A stretch of 64,000 bases of DNA from an uncultured Clostridia bacterium (GCA_947626025.1 CANQQQ010000002.1:2239-66238); one strand, 5' to 3'. Positions 44,449 through 56,927 are shown, counted from the first letter of the stretch. Numbers and translations: made by a program. Notes: generated from the sequence alone by a model not told the origin.

Positions 44449-47400
44449 ATGGAAAATATTAATACATTACATGTTGGTCTTGACGTTGGTTCTACAACTG
44501 TTAAAATAGCGGTATTAGATAATGAATTAAACACATTATATACTGCATATGAAAGACATTTTTCAGACACGAAAAATACCGTTTGTAATGTTTTAAAAAG
44601 CTTAGTAGAAAAATATCCTGACAACACTTTCACAATATCACTTACTGGTTCTGGAGCTATGTCTGCTACAAAATTCTTGGATTTACCTTTTATTCAAGAA
44701 GTTGTTGCATGTAAACGTGCTGTTGAAAAATATATACCTAAAACAGATGTAGTTATAGAACTTGGTGGAGAAGATGCAAAAATAATATATTTTGATAAAT
44801 CTGTTGAGCAACGTATGAATGGAACCTGTGCAGGTGGTACAGGTGCTTTTATAGATCAAATGGCAAGCTTGTTACATACAGATACAGAAGGCTTAAATGA
44901 ATTAGCAAAAAATTATAAGACAATATATCCAATAGCCTCTAGATGTGGTGTTTTCGCGAAAACTGATATACAACCACTAATAAATGAAGGTGCAGCAAAA
45001 GAAGATATTTCTGCATCTATTTTTCAAGCTGTAGTTAATCAAACTATAAGTGGGCTTGCATGTGGTAGACCAATACGTGGTCATGTTGCTTTCTTAGGTG
45101 GACCTTTAAATTATCTTTCTCAATTAAGACAAAGATTTATAGAAACTTTGGGGCTAACTGATGAAACAACAATAGTTCCTGAAGATGCTCATTTACTTGT
45201 TGCAAAAGGTGCAGCTCTTGATTCCGTAAGTTCAAATCCAATTTCTGTAGAGAAATTAAAAAGTAAGATAGAAGTTTTAAAAATGTCTCATAATGATGCT
45301 TCAATGCCTCTAAAGCCTTTATTTTCTATAGATGCAGAATATGATGAATTTAAAAAAAGACATGCAAAAGCTACTGTAAAAAGGAAAAATCTAAAAGATT
45401 TCAAAGGTGACTGTTTTATTGGTATAGATGCTGGATCTACAACTACAAAACTTGTAGTGATTGATAGAGATAATAATCTATTGTACTCTTTATATAGAAA
45501 TAATGAAGGTGACCCTTTAAAAAGTGTTATAGAAATGTTAAAAGAGACATACTCTGTACTTCCTAAAGAAGCTATATTAAGATTTTCTGGAGTTACTGGA
45601 TATGGTGAAAAATTAATACAAACTGCTTTAAATGTAGATTTAAATGAAATAGAAACTATCGCACATTATAGAGCAGCTTATGAATTTATGCCTAATGTAA
45701 CTAGTATAGTTGACATTGGTGGTCAAGATATGAAATACATAAAAATGAAAAATGGAGTAATTGATAATATAATGCTAAATGAAGCTTGTTCCTCTGGGTG
45801 TGGTTCATTTATTGAGACTTTTGCAAAAAGCTTAAATCTATCAATAGAAGATTTTGTGGAATCTGCTCTAGAATCAAGAACTCCTGTTGATTTAGGTTCA
45901 AGGTGCACTGTATTTATGAATTCAAAAATAAAACAAGCACAAAAAGAAGGATATTCTGTTGGAGATATTTCTGCAGGATTATCTTATTCTGTAATAAAAA
46001 ATGCTATACAAAAAGTTATGAAAGTTAGAGATCCTGAAACTCTAGGAGAACATATTGTCGTTCAAGGTGGAACTTTCTATAATGATGCTGTACTTCGTGC
46101 TTTTGAATTAATTGTAGGTAAAGAAGTTGTACGTCCAGACATTGCTGGTTTAATGGGAGCCTATGGTGTTGCTTTACTTGCAAAAGATCAATATGAAGCA
46201 AATTTAGATATGGAATATACTTCTACTTTATCTAAGTTAGTAGATTTAGATAGATTAAATATACAAATAACTCATACTCGTTGTAATGGTTGCGAAAATC
46301 ATTGTTTACTTACAATAAATAAATTTAGTAACAATAAACGTTATATTTCGGGAAATCGTTGTGAAAAAGGAACTGGTGTTATATCTTCTAACTCAAAGCT
46401 TCCTAATTTAATAAAATATAAAAATGAAAGATTATTCAGTTATGAACCTTTGCCAGAAGATAAAGCTTTTCGTGGAGTAATAGGTATTCCAAGAGTTTTA
46501 AATATGTATGAAGATTATCCTTTCTGGTTCACTTTTTTAACACATCTAGGTTTTAGAGTTATACTTTCAGAAAAAAGTACTAGAACAACTTACGAAAAAG
46601 GTATGGAATCAATGCCATCAGAATCAGTATGTTATCCTGCTAAACTATCTCACGGTCATATTAAAAGTCTAATTGATTCAGGTATAAAAACAATATTCTA
46701 TCCTTGTATACCTTATTCAAGAAAAGAATATGCCAAAGCCGATAACCATTATAATTGCCCTATTGTAATTTCTTATTCTGAGGTAATAAAAAATAATGTA
46801 GAGGAATTAAAAAATATAAAATACCTTAATCCTTTCTTACCTTTTGACTCAAAAAATCTAGTCAAGAGAATATTAGAATTAGATGAATTCAAGGAATATA
46901 AGTTTACCAAGAAAGAATTATGTGAAGCTGCAGAACTTGCAGAACAAGAATATCAGAATTTCAAACATGATATCCAAACAAAAGGTCAAGAAACATTAAA
47001 ATATATGGATGAACACAATCTAAAAGGTATTGTTCTTTCAGGTAGACCTTATCATGTCGATCCAGAAATAAATCATGGTATAGATACATTAATAACCAGT
47101 CTAGGGCTATGCGTCCTTACGGAAGATTCAATTTCGAACCTTACAGAAGCCAAAAGACCTCTTCGTGTAGTTGACCAATGGGTATATCATGCAAGATTAT
47201 ATGCCGCTGCTGATTTTGTAGGAAAGCACGACAATTTAGAACTTGTTCAACTTAACTCATTTGGTTGTGGAGTTGATGCAGTTACAACAGATCAAGTTGA
47301 AGAAATACTTTCAAGTTATGAAAAAATGTATACTCTAATAAAAATAGACGAAGTTAATAATCTTGGAGCTGTACGTATTCGTATTCGTTCTCTCCTTGCT

Positions 47401-48783
47401 AGTATGCAGAAAAGGCTTGCGAATAAAAAATCTAGTGAAACTTCAAAAGGTAATTATGGAATTACTAAAATTCCTTTCACAAAGGAAATGAGAAAAGATT
47501 ATACAATTCTAATACCACAAATGGCACCTATACATTTTGAACTTATTGAAACTGCTGTTGCTTCTTGTGGATATAAAGTAAAATTACTAAGAAAATGTAC
47601 TCCAAATACTGTAGAAACTGGTTTAAAATACGTAAATAATGATGCTTGTTATCCTTCAATTTTAACAACAGGTCAAATGATTGAAGCATTACAATCTGGA
47701 GAATATGATTTAAATAAGACTGCATTAGTAATGTCTCAGACAGGTGGTGGTTGTAGGGCAACTAATTATATTGGATTTATTAGAAAAGCTTTAAAAGACG
47801 CTGGGTTCTCACAAGTACCAGTTATATCTTTTAATTTTGTCGGTATGGAGAAAAATTCAGGATTTAAAATTTCTCCTGAAATGATGGAAAAACTTTTGAA
47901 ATCTGTTGTATATGGTGATTTACTACAAAAGATGCTTATGAAAAATAGAGCTTATGAAGTAAATAAAGGCGAAACAGAAAAACTTTATAATACATGGCTA
48001 GAAAAATGTAAGGTGATTTTAACAAAACCAGGTACAAAAGCATTTAAACAGAGTATATATGATATAGTAAATGATTTTGAAAAAATCGAATTAGATACAT
48101 CAATAAAGAAACCAAAAGTTGGAGTTGTAGGCGAAGTACTAATAAAATATCATCCTTTTGGAAACAACTTTGTAGCAAATGTTTTAGAAAATGAAGGAGC
48201 AGAAGTAGTTCTTCCTGACTTCATGGGATTTATAAAATTTATTGCAACACATAAAATTACATTTAACGAATTATTAAAAACAGATAAAACTAAAGCTACT
48301 ATATTTAAATTAGCAATAAAATTAATGGATATTTTTGAAAAAGACGTAAGAATTGCACTATCTAATTCAAACAAAGGATATATGCAACCATGTAATATTT
48401 GGGAATTAGAAGAAAAAGTAAAATCAGTATTATCTATTGGAAATCAAACAGGTGAAGGTTGGTTTTTAACAGCTGAAATGATTGAATATATTGAACATGG
48501 AATACCAAATATAGTCTGCGTTCAACCATTTGCTTGTTTACCTAATCATGTTGTAGGAAAAGGTGTAATAAAAACTATACGTGAACAATATCCTAATGCT
48601 AACATCTCTCCTGTTGATTATGACCCTGGTGCTAGTGAAACAAATCAAACAAATAGAATTAAATTGTTGATGACAGTGGCAAAAGATAATTTATTAAAAA
48701 TAGAAAAAGAATTAAATGCAATTAATAAAGAAAATTCCGATGTTATAGAAAAAGAAATTAATTATGATAAGAAAAACTCTTAA
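44449..48783 (+). CDS. Fusion of an acyl-CoA dehydratase activase (two BadF/BadG/BcrA/BcrD ATPase domains) with a 2-hydroxyacyl-CoA-dehydratase-like protein (YjiL/YjiM-type).
   Basis: There are two repeats of the actin-like ATPase signature ([16 protein letters not shown] and [16 protein letters not shown]), and Cys-rich C-terminal HgdB-like domains. The RBS is taaggaggaaatataattttATG. A terminator follows at 48807-48838. Confidence 0.8.
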   Translation: MENINTLHVGLDVGSTTVKIAVLDNELNTLYTAYERHFSDTKNTVCNVLKSLVEKYPDNTFTISLTGSGAMSATKFLDLPFIQEVVACKRAVEKYIPKTDVVIELGGEDAKIIYFDKSVEQRMNGTCAGGTGAFIDQMASLLHTDTEGLNELAKNYKTIYPIASRCGVFAKTDIQPLINEGAAKEDISASIFQAVVNQTISGLACGRPIRGHVAFLGGPLNYLSQLRQRFIETLGLTDETTIVPEDAHLLVAKGAALDSVSSNPISVEKLKSKIEVLKMSHNDASMPLKPLFSIDAEYDEFKKRHAKATVKRKNLKDFKGDCFIGIDAGSTTTKLVVIDRDNNLLYSLYRNNEGDPLKSVIEMLKETYSVLPKEAILRFSGVTGYGEKLIQTALNVDLNEIETIAHYRAAYEFMPNVTSIVDIGGQDMKYIKMKNGVIDNIMLNEACSSGCGSFIETFAKSLNLSIEDFVESALESRTPVDLGSRCTVFMNSKIKQAQKEGYSVGDISAGLSYSVIKNAIQKVMKVRDPETLGEHIVVQGGTFYNDAVLRAFELIVGKEVVRPDIAGLMGAYGVALLAKDQYEANLDMEYTSTLSKLVDLDRLNIQITHTRCNGCENHCLLTINKFSNNKRYISGNRCEKGTGVISSNSKLPNLIKYKNERLFSYEPLPEDKAFRGVIGIPRVLNMYEDYPFWFTFLTHLGFRVILSEKSTRTTYEKGMESMPSESVCYPAKLSHGHIKSLIDSGIKTIFYPCIPYSRKEYAKADNHYNCPIVISYSEVIKNNVEELKNIKYLNPFLPFDSKNLVKRILELDEFKEYKFTKKELCEAAELAEQEYQNFKHDIQTKGQETLKYMDEHNLKGIVLSGRPYHVDPEINHGIDTLITSLGLCVLTEDSISNLTEAKRPLRVVDQWVYHARLYAAADFVGKHDNLELVQLNSFGCGVDAVTTDQVEEILSSYEKMYTLIKIDEVNNLGAVRIRIRSLLASMQKRLANKKSSETSKGNYGITKIPFTKEMRKDYTILIPQMAPIHFELIETAVASCGYKVKLLRKCTPNTVETGLKYVNNDACYPSILTTGQMIEALQSGEYDLNKTALVMSQTGGGCRATNYIGFIRKALKDAGFSQVPVISFNFVGMEKNSGFKISPEMMEKLLKSVVYGDLLQKMLMKNRAYEVNKGETEKLYNTWLEKCKVILTKPGTKAFKQSIYDIVNDFEKIELDTSIKKPKVGVVGEVLIKYHPFGNNFVANVLENEGAEVVLPDFMGFIKFIATHKITFNELLKTDKTKATIFKLAIKLMDIFEKDVRIALSNSNKGYMQPCNIWELEEKVKSVLSIGNQTGEGWFLTAEMIEYIEHGIPNIVCVQPFACLPNHVVGKGVIKTIREQYPNANISPVDYDPGASETNQTNRIKLLMTVAKDNLLKIEKELNAINKENSDVIEKEINYDKKNS

Positions 48784-48806
48784 AAGAGACTAATTAGATT
48801 ATTGTA

Positions 48807-48838
48807 GGGAGGTGCTGTTTCATGCACCTCCTTTTATT
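48807..48838 (+). terminator. Rho-independent terminator.
   Basis: The stem is ggaggtgc / gcacctcc with loop tgtttcat, then ttttatt. Confidence 0.7.
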
Positions 48839-49879
48839 ACAATTGTAAAATACTTGTAATATTTCACATATTTTTTAAAAAGTTATCCACAAAGTTATCC
48901 ACATTTTGAATTTTAGCTCTCTCTTTAGGCGTTTAGCACTTTTATTATTTTCTTATGAATATTTTGAAACTTTTAATTGTAGTTTTGTCTTTTATGTCAC
49001 ATTTTTCTGTGATATTTTTTATATCTTCTTATTATGTTTCCTTTTGATTTTTTAAGCAAAGTAAGGTTGAAATCTATTGAAAATACTAATTTTTCAATTT
49101 TAAGCTTTTATATTCAAGAAAAAATCCTTTCGATTTTTTCACTAGTTTATCTATTAATTACATACTTTTGATTGTTTTTTATTTTTGCTTTTTTGATCAA
49201 GTAATTTTATATAATTTTATCTCATTTTTAGCTAGTTTTTATCCACAATTATTCCCCTAGGGGATATTACTATTATGTTTCAAATTTGAAATATTTAGCC
49301 TTTCCCTTTCTCATCCTTTTTCTTGTTTTTTCAATCAAACGTATAATGATCTCTTTTTAAATTTATATTATTTTTTTATTAATATTTAATATTAATTTAA
49401 TTTTATTTATATTTTTTATAAAATTAATTTTATTTTTTATTTTTATTATTTTAAATTTTAATATTATTTTTTATTATTTATTTTAATAATTATTTTTAAC
49501 TTTATAATTACTTCAATCTACTTTTCTCTTTATTGTCTTTTTATAATTACTATTTCTTGCAATTAGACTTCCCGCTATATTTTCGTATTGATATTGTCTT
49601 TTGGTTAACCATCGCCATATATATCAGCTTAATTATGTCTAGTATAAATTAGCTAGTATTTCTACATTTAATTTTATTTATTTAATTTAATTTTATTTTA
49701 TTTTTTTATTTTTATTTAATTTATTTTATTTAATTTAATTTATTTAATTTTATTTTTTATTTATTATTATTTTAATACATTAATTATTCATTATTCATTA
49801 TTCATCATTCATTATTAATTATTCATTGTAAAAACAAAAAAAGAGCATGCTCTCGCGCATGCCCTATCATCTTATTTTA

Positions 49880-52800
49880 TTAATCTAAGAATCCTATATC
49901 ATTTATATGTGGTCCTTTTCTTGTTTTACGTATTATTAGTACTATTAAGTATCCCGTTATAGCCATTGCCATTATTATTGTTACAACTATCATTGCATTT
50001 ACTTTCCAACCTGTCTTTATACTTACTATTATTGTTGCCTCTGATAAGTCATCATCTTTGTTTGTATCATCATAGTTTGCTGAGTTACTTCCTCCAATTA
50101 ATTCTGCTTTGTTAGATATTGAGCCTAAGTTTCCTTGATCGTTTATCCATTTTAATGTTACTGCTAGATCCTTACTCTCTCCTACTCCTAATTCTACTTC
50201 TGCTTCTAATGTTCCATCTGCATTCTTTGTCCAATATGCTGGAATTGTTACCATTTCAAATCCTTTTGGTACCCTTTCTAGTACTTTTACTTTTCCTGCT
50301 AGTTCTCCATCATTTGTTACTTTTATATTGTATCTTGCTATTACTTCTGCCTTATCTACTTCAGCTGATTTTAACTCTACTTTTACTAGTTTATTGTCCT
50401 TTATATTTAACACTTGTCCATTTAATGTTACTCCTTCTAGAGTTTTCTCCATACTGAAGTTATAAATCATTTTTCTATAATAGTATATTACTGTAGTTTC
50501 TTCTTTTCCTATTTCTCCTTCTGTATTTTCTGTGTCTTTTACATATACATAGTATGGTATTTCTTTTTTATCTGTTTCGTATTTTTCTCCTACTGCTCCT
50601 GTTATCTCATATGAATATGTTCCTTCTTCTGCTTCTCCTTGTATTTCTTCTTCTGTTTCAACATCTACATATTTTACTATTACTTTTCCTTCTACATTTA
50701 TATCTGTATCTGCTCCTGTTGTTCCTACTTCTACTGTGTCTGATGAGTCTAACTCTATTTTTCCTGTTACAGTGTTTGTCATTTTCTCTTTTGTTAAGTC
50801 TATATCTTTGTATACTAAACTTATTTCTTTTGTTATATTTATTATAAATACATTTCCTTCTGGACCATTAATAAGTTCTCCTATACTTTCCTTATTTTGA
50901 TTTTCTCCTGTTTCAGTATTTATCTGTTTTAATTCTTCTGTCCATGTTATTGTTTTTGCTTGTTCATCATATATTCCACCATCTAATATTGAGTTTTCTT
51001 TATCTATTGCAAATGGTAGTGTATCTACTATTGTTATTCTTCCTCCTCCTATGTAGTTTGATAATTCTGATCTAAAGTTTATTGTATAATTTGCTTTTTC
51101 TTCTGTACTTGTTATCTCACTAGGTCCTTCTTTTGTTATTGTTGTATTATTAAAACTTCCTTGTTCTGAATTATTATATGTGTTTATTACTGTGTATGTA
51201 TAATTTGTTATTTCTTCTGTCTGTGTTTCTTCGTTTGTTATTACTGCATCATTATAATATTGTAAATCTCCTGGTACTGTTTCACTTTCTGTTACTATAT
51301 ATGTTATCTTTTCTCCTTCTGCATTGTATTTATTAATTCCTTTTTCTTCATATGTCCAATTATTTTGTGCATTTAATACTTGCGTTATTGTTTCATTGTT
51401 TGGCATTACTTTTATATGTATTGTTACACTTTCTGGTCTCTTTACATTTATATCTTCATTATCATTCCATAATTTTACTACTTTGAAGTTTGCTTTATAT
51501 TCTTGTTTTACTACTACATTACTTTCTGCTTCTCCACTTTCAAATTCTTGGTCTTTTTTATCTTCTACATGTCCATCTGGATAATATGTTATTGTCTCTC
51601 CTTTAACTCTATTTACTAGGTTTTGTGTTACATCTTGGTCTTTATATACTAATGTTATGTCTTTTATTATTTCTTCTACATAATCTCCATCTTCAAATGT
51701 ATCTACCATTACATCCTTTGTCCATGTTATTGTTCTACTATCTTCGTCATAGTCTCCTTCTTCTATATTTGATTTTGTTAAATCTATCTTTGCTGGTAAT
51801 GTATCTACGATTTTTATTGTTACTTTTCCTATATAATTTGTTACTCTTGTATTATATGTTATTCTATATGAAACTCCTTGATTCTCTCTTGTTAATACTA
51901 CTTCTCCTGCTTCATTTGTTGCTGATGTTACTTCTTTTCTTATGCTATCTACTATACTTGGTGTTAATAATTTATAATAATAACTTACTTCTATTGGTGT
52001 TGTTTCATATGTTCCTGTCCATCCTGTTGGATGTTCTTCTATACATTCATAGTTTTCTGGTATTTCGCTTGACATACTTGTTGTATAGGTTTCTCCATAT
52101 TCTCCCTCTTTTGTTTCATCTGCTACTAATCGTGTATTTGTATATCTATCTTGCTCTTGTTCTGCTTCTTCATCATATATATAATGATGTACTATTACAT
52201 AGCATCCTTCTGTATCCCTTTTATAATAGTAATTTACTTCCAATGATCCATCTGCTAATATTTGTACTGTTCTTGGTTCAGGTGATATAAATCCTACATA
52301 ATCTTTTACAGGTGGTGTTACCATTTCTCCTGTGGTTCCTGTTTTATTTTCTGTATCCGCTAATTCATAGTTTTGATCATTTTCTATATCTGCATTTCCA
52401 TCTAATTTTTGCTTCCAATGTTTTACTACATATTCTGTATTTGTTGCTGCATCCCATTTTGCATAATATGTCTTTTCTTCAGTTTCTTCTGTTCCTATTT
52501 CTAGTACTCTATCTCCACTAAATTCTTGATCTGTATACCAACCTGCAAATGTATATCCTTCTTTTGTTACATCTGTTGGTAATGTTGCTCCTACTCCATA
52601 TGCATATTCTGTTATACTATCTCCGTTTATTGTTCCTTCATTTGGATTTAATGTTACATTATATTTATTTCTGTCATAGTATAATTTTAATACTAAGTTT
52701 CCATCTTCTGTTATTGTTCCTTCTGCTTTTCTCTGGTCATATTCTTGGTTTTCTGTAAATCCTGTATATGTTCTTGCAACTGCTGTTACTCTTTGTCCTG

Positions 52801-55800
52801 TTGTTCCTGTTCTTATTTCTTCCTCTGGTGGCTCTTCATATCCATTTAAACTTGTATTTTGTTTATAATGTAGTATCTTATATTGTATTCCTCCACTTGC
52901 TGTTGCATTTGCTGTTAAGTCTACTGCGTGTGTTGGCATATCAAATATATATGGGTTATTTCCACTTTCTGCTATTCCTGTTCCTGTCCAGTTACTCCAT
53001 TCATATCCATTTGAAATAACTGCTCTTACTGTTACTTGTTGTCCTACTCTATATGTGCCATCCCCACTAACACTTTGTATTCCTGTTCCTTCATGTAATG
53101 TTACTTGATATGTTTGTCTTTCTATATCTACTTGCGTTGTCTTTGCCTCTGTTACTTGATATGATTGTATACTTGCTTCTTTATACGTTTCTGTTGCTGG
53201 TGTACTCCAACTTACTGTTTCCCCATATTCATATTCCTGATTTATTTTATCTTCATAGTCTCCATATGTTCCATCTCCATTTTGATATCTTACTTGTACT
53301 ATTTGTCTGTATTTATTTATAGTTTCTGTTCCATTTGCTGTTAAGTTTACCTCTCCTGCTGGCATTGTAAATGTATATGTTTGCTCATTAGATCCTTCTA
53401 TTCCTGTTCCTGTCCAGTTTTGCCATGCATAACTATATTGATCCGTATTTTCTTTTAATGTTGCTGTTACTGTTACTGTTTCTCCATATAAATATGTACT
53501 TGCATTGGCAGTATTTACATTACCACTTGCACTAACACTTTGAATTCCTGTTCCACTATTTAATGTTAAATTATAACTATTTCTTGTATAATAGAAGTTT
53601 ATTACTGTAGAACCATTTCCATTTATTTTTATTGTTTCTTCATATGGTTGTGGTGAAGTAAATCCATCATAGTTTTTAATGTATGTTTGCTGTGTTTGCT
53701 TTGTTACTGCTGTGTCTGTTGTTCCTGTCAAATTATTTTGGTCAGTTGTTATCTCTTCATAATTTGTTTCACTCTTTGGTTCTGCTGCTGATCCCAATTT
53801 CTGTTTCCAATGTTTTATTATATACTGTGTATCATTTTTTGCTGTCCATACAGCATTTACTTCCATGTCTCTTGTTACATTACTTATATCTTGATCCCAT
53901 GAAAGTGTATATCCAGGTTTTGACCAAGCTGGTGGTATTGCTCTTTCTCCATGCTCTACTTGTTTCGTTTGTGTAGTTGTTCCATCTTTAAATTTTACTG
54001 AATGTTTTTCTATTGTCCATTTTGCGTAATATGTTTTTGCTCCTGTCGCTGTTGTACTTACATTTGTTACTCTATTTCCAGAAAATGTGCTACTTTCATA
54101 CCAACCCTCAAATGTAGCATGGTCTCTTGTTACATTTGTTGGTAATGCTTCTCCTACTCCATATGTATATTGTCTTATATAATCACCATTTATCTGTCCT
54201 TTATTTGTATTAAATGTTACATTATATTTATTTCTATCATAATAGAATTTTAAAGCTAAAGTTCCATCTCCTAGAACCTGTGCACTAGCTAATCTATCAG
54301 GATACGTTTTATTTTCTGTAAATCCTGTATATGATTTTGCTGTTGCGGTAACAGTTTGTCCTGTTGTTCCTGTCTTATTTTCTGTATCAATTAAATTATA
54401 TCCATTTAAACTAGTATTCTGCTGATAATGTTCCACTCTATATGCTACTCCACTTTTTGCTGTCCATTTTGCATAATATGTTTTTTCTCCCGTTGTCGTT
54501 GTTCCTATACTTTCCACTTTGCTTCCTGAAAAATAACTAGTTGCATACCAGCCAGCAAATGTATATCCCTCTTTTGTTACATCTGTTGGCAATGTTGCTC
54601 CTACTCCATATACATATTCTGTTATATTTCCTTTATTTATTTTTCCTTCGTTTACTTCTAATGTTACATCATATTTTTTTCTATCATAATATAACCTTAA
54701 TATTAAAGATCCATCTCCTAAAACCTGTGAACTAGCTAATCTATCGCGATATGTTGTATTTTCTGTAAATCCCGTATATGTTTTTGCAGTTGCTGTTACA
54801 GTAGCTTCTGTCGTTCCTGTTTTCGTATCTGTATCTTTCAAATCATATCCATTTAAACTTGTGTTTTGTTGATAGTGTTGCACTTTATATGTTATACCAC
54901 TTTTAGGTGTCCACTTGGCATAATATGTTTTTTCTCCTGTTTCTGTAGTAGATATCTTGTAAACTCTTGCAGTTGAAAATGAACTGTCTGTATACCATCC
55001 GCCAAAGGTATATCCTGCACGTGTTACATTTGTTGGTAATGTTGCTCCTGTTCCTCTTGTATATTCTGTTACTTCTCCAGCATTAATTGTTCCTCCATAT
55101 AATTCATAATTTATAGGATATACATTATCAGCAGTAATCTGTAAAGGTGTATACTGGAATTTAGAACTTCCATATGTTCCATTTCCAAGCTGTCCATAAT
55201 AACCATTACCCCATAGCCATAAATCACCATTAACATCTATTGCACCACTTATACCGTTGTCAGCATATATTTTAGATATTTTAACACCATTAAAATTTAT
55301 AAGAGTTGGGTTTGACAATATTGTATTTGTATTTGTATCTCCTGTGCCTAAACAACCAGAAGAGTTCGATCCAAACGTATATACATTTCCATCACTGTCT
55401 AGTGCTAAACAGTGACTCCATCCTACTATATCGGTAAATTTCTTATCACTTACTTTTTGTGGTGTAGAAATATCTTGTGAACTATTATCATTTATAGCTC
55501 CCCATCTCCAAATTAGTCCGCTTTTATCTAAAATAACTGCCCCGCTTGCTCCAGAAACTATTTTCTTTGCTTGTATACTAGTTAATTTCGCTGGTACAGT
55601 TTGAACTTTCGTTTCACCTACTGTGCTATTTCCTGTTCCTCCATTGCCTAATTGTTTTCTACTATTTGATCCCCAAGTCCATACATAGCCACTAGTATCA
55701 ACTGCCATACAAAAATAACCATCTGTCTCAACTAGATTAAATTTTGTACTTCCTGTACTAGTTATCCTTTGAAAAGTGGATTGTGTAGTACCAGTTGTTC

Positions 55801-56419
55801 CATTTCCCAATTGTCCCCACGTATTTGATCCTCTTGTCCATATTCTATGTTGGTTATCTAATGCAATTATCACATCTTGAGCTAAATCTACATCAATAAA
55901 AGTAGTTCCTGAGCTGATTTGTTGTGGAGTTTTTTGAGATGATGTTGATATTCCACCCCAATACCATATATTTCCATCTGTATCTATTGCTACTGTAGCA
56001 TGTTCATGTGTTTTTATAGTTTTAAAAGTTCTTCCATAATCTATTTTCATTGGTACATAGTTATGATCACCATACTGCAATCCTAGTGAATATTCATCTC
56101 TTCCTCCCCAGCCCCATACAGTGCCGTCTTTGTCCTTACCTATAACTACATGTCCAATTGTTACCTCGTCAAATTTTATTGGATATGGAAAGTCTGTTTT
56201 TGTAAATACATTTGAAACTGATATTTCTGACTCTGGCTCTTCGTTAAAAGCCCTATCTCCTATTGTATCTGTTCCTCTTCTAATTGCTACTATTCCTAAA
56301 ATAAATACTGATAGTACTAATATTACAATCATCATAATTATCGAAGTCTGTAATATTTTTAATTTTCTAAGGCGACTACTTTTCGCTCCAAATACATTTT
56401 TTCTCCATCTTGGTTCCAT
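49880..56419 (-). CDS. Giant surface protein of 2179 aa. It has an N-terminal TM anchor, an RCC1-repeat beta-propeller, multiple Listeria-Bacteroides (InlB B-type) repeat domains, a C-terminal DUF11-like domain and an SIKTG + TM + basic tail.
   Basis: There are seven RCC1-like WG...GQLGNG blades (VWGWGGRDEYSLG, IWYWGG, VWTWGSNSRKQLGNGG, YTFGSNSSGCLGTGD, LWLWGNGYYGQLGNG). The repeated unit YTFxGWYTDxxFSGxxV...GEKTYYAKWT is the pfam09479-type repeat. The C-terminus reads VSIKTGWKVNAMIVVTIIMAMAITGYLIVLIIRKTRK. A terminator hairpin lies at 49830-49868. Confidence 0.7.
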   Translation of the reverse strand: MEPRWRKNVFGAKSSRLRKLKILQTSIIMMIVILVLSVFILGIVAIRRGTDTIGDRAFNEEPESEISVSNVFTKTDFPYPIKFDEVTIGHVVIGKDKDGTVWGWGGRDEYSLGLQYGDHNYVPMKIDYGRTFKTIKTHEHATVAIDTDGNIWYWGGISTSSQKTPQQISSGTTFIDVDLAQDVIIALDNQHRIWTRGSNTWGQLGNGTTGTTQSTFQRITSTGSTKFNLVETDGYFCMAVDTSGYVWTWGSNSRKQLGNGGTGNSTVGETKVQTVPAKLTSIQAKKIVSGASGAVILDKSGLIWRWGAINDNSSQDISTPQKVSDKKFTDIVGWSHCLALDSDGNVYTFGSNSSGCLGTGDTNTNTILSNPTLINFNGVKISKIYADNGISGAIDVNGDLWLWGNGYYGQLGNGTYGSSKFQYTPLQITADNVYPINYELYGGTINAGEVTEYTRGTGATLPTNVTRAGYTFGGWYTDSSFSTARVYKISTTETGEKTYYAKWTPKSGITYKVQHYQQNTSLNGYDLKDTDTKTGTTEATVTATAKTYTGFTENTTYRDRLASSQVLGDGSLILRLYYDRKKYDVTLEVNEGKINKGNITEYVYGVGATLPTDVTKEGYTFAGWYATSYFSGSKVESIGTTTTGEKTYYAKWTAKSGVAYRVEHYQQNTSLNGYNLIDTENKTGTTGQTVTATAKSYTGFTENKTYPDRLASAQVLGDGTLALKFYYDRNKYNVTFNTNKGQINGDYIRQYTYGVGEALPTNVTRDHATFEGWYESSTFSGNRVTNVSTTATGAKTYYAKWTIEKHSVKFKDGTTTQTKQVEHGERAIPPAWSKPGYTLSWDQDISNVTRDMEVNAVWTAKNDTQYIIKHWKQKLGSAAEPKSETNYEEITTDQNNLTGTTDTAVTKQTQQTYIKNYDGFTSPQPYEETIKINGNGSTVINFYYTRNSYNLTLNSGTGIQSVSASGNVNTANASTYLYGETVTVTATLKENTDQYSYAWQNWTGTGIEGSNEQTYTFTMPAGEVNLTANGTETINKYRQIVQVRYQNGDGTYGDYEDKINQEYEYGETVSWSTPATETYKEASIQSYQVTEAKTTQVDIERQTYQVTLHEGTGIQSVSGDGTYRVGQQVTVRAVISNGYEWSNWTGTGIAESGNNPYIFDMPTHAVDLTANATASGGIQYKILHYKQNTSLNGYEEPPEEEIRTGTTGQRVTAVARTYTGFTENQEYDQRKAEGTITEDGNLVLKLYYDRNKYNVTLNPNEGTINGDSITEYAYGVGATLPTDVTKEGYTFAGWYTDQEFSGDRVLEIGTEETEEKTYYAKWDAATNTEYVVKHWKQKLDGNADIENDQNYELADTENKTGTTGEMVTPPVKDYVGFISPEPRTVQILADGSLEVNYYYKRDTEGCYVIVHHYIYDEEAEQEQDRYTNTRLVADETKEGEYGETYTTSMSSEIPENYECIEEHPTGWTGTYETTPIEVSYYYKLLTPSIVDSIRKEVTSATNEAGEVVLTRENQGVSYRITYNTRVTNYIGKVTIKIVDTLPAKIDLTKSNIEEGDYDEDSRTITWTKDVMVDTFEDGDYVEEIIKDITLVYKDQDVTQNLVNRVKGETITYYPDGHVEDKKDQEFESGEAESNVVVKQEYKANFKVVKLWNDNEDINVKRPESVTIHIKVMPNNETITQVLNAQNNWTYEEKGINKYNAEGEKITYIVTESETVPGDLQYYNDAVITNEETQTEEITNYTYTVINTYNNSEQGSFNNTTITKEGPSEITSTEEKANYTINFRSELSNYIGGGRITIVDTLPFAIDKENSILDGGIYDEQAKTITWTEELKQINTETGENQNKESIGELINGPEGNVFIINITKEISLVYKDIDLTKEKMTNTVTGKIELDSSDTVEVGTTGADTDINVEGKVIVKYVDVETEEEIQGEAEEGTYSYEITGAVGEKYETDKKEIPYYVYVKDTENTEGEIGKEETTVIYYYRKMIYNFSMEKTLEGVTLNGQVLNIKDNKLVKVELKSAEVDKAEVIARYNIKVTNDGELAGKVKVLERVPKGFEMVTIPAYWTKNADGTLEAEVELGVGESKDLAVTLKWINDQGNLGSISNKAELIGGSNSANYDDTNKDDDLSEATIIVSIKTGWKVNAMIVVTIIMAMAITGYLIVLIIRKTRKGPHINDIGFLD

Positions 56420-56769
56420 GGATATTACCTCCTAGCTTAATTGCATCTTAATTTTCTTATTCTATTATAATAAGTGGATTTACTCATGTAAATGGTCTAA
56501 TTAACCTAAGAGAAAAGGCTTCCACGTTTTTTATTACGGAAAGCCATTTCTTTTATATTATTATTTTATTATTAAGTTTTTGTTACTTTTATGTTATATT
56601 TTGTCGTTTTTTCTAGGGAACAGCCATATAATAGGAATTTTTAACTTTTATTAGTTCTGCTGATTTGAATTTGCAAATGAAAATAATCAAATCTCAAAGG
56701 TAATTTTTTTATATAATAGAAGAATAAACTTACCTATTATATAAAAAAATCATAGCCTTGCTATGATTC

Positions 56770-56845
56770 TTGGTGGGCAATCGGGGGGTCGAACCCCGGA
56801 CCTTCTGATTAAGAGTCAGCTGCTCTACCAACTGAGCTAATCACC
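56770..56845 (-). tRNA. tRNA-Lys (CTT).
   Basis: The reverse complement reads GGGTGATTAGCTCAGTTGGTAGAGCAGCTGACTCTTAATCAGAAGGTCCGGGGTTCGACCCCCCGATTGCCCACCA. The anticodon loop is cTCTTAAt, read as CTT. A terminator follows at 56740-56768. Confidence 0.75.
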
Positions 56846-56927
56846 CATATATTAATTAGCTTATTTATTATAGCATATCTTTTTAGGTATGGCAAGGACA
56901 AATGACAATTTTTTTTACTTTTTATTT

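Noticed and set aside
44358-44633. A 91-aa minus-strand ORF overlapping the start of the large activase gene.
   Set aside because: It overlaps the RBS and N-terminus of a strongly supported plus-strand gene and has low-complexity composition.
49225-49275. Possible dif (XerCD) site near cccctaggggatattactattatgtttcaaat.
   Set aside because: It resembles the Firmicutes dif left half only superficially, and the conserved XerD arm TTATGTAAACT is absent.
50119-54735. Numerous leucine-rich ORFs of 60 to 220 aa on the plus strand inside the giant surface-protein gene (for example 50119..50457, 51625..52290 and 52768..53019). Similar ones occur inside the other adhesin gene at 14761..18482.
   Set aside because: These are antisense reading frames of an AT-rich, Thr/Asn/Gly-codon-rich gene. 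They have low-complexity L/F/Y composition and no RBS, and they are fully nested in a well-supported minus-strand CDS.
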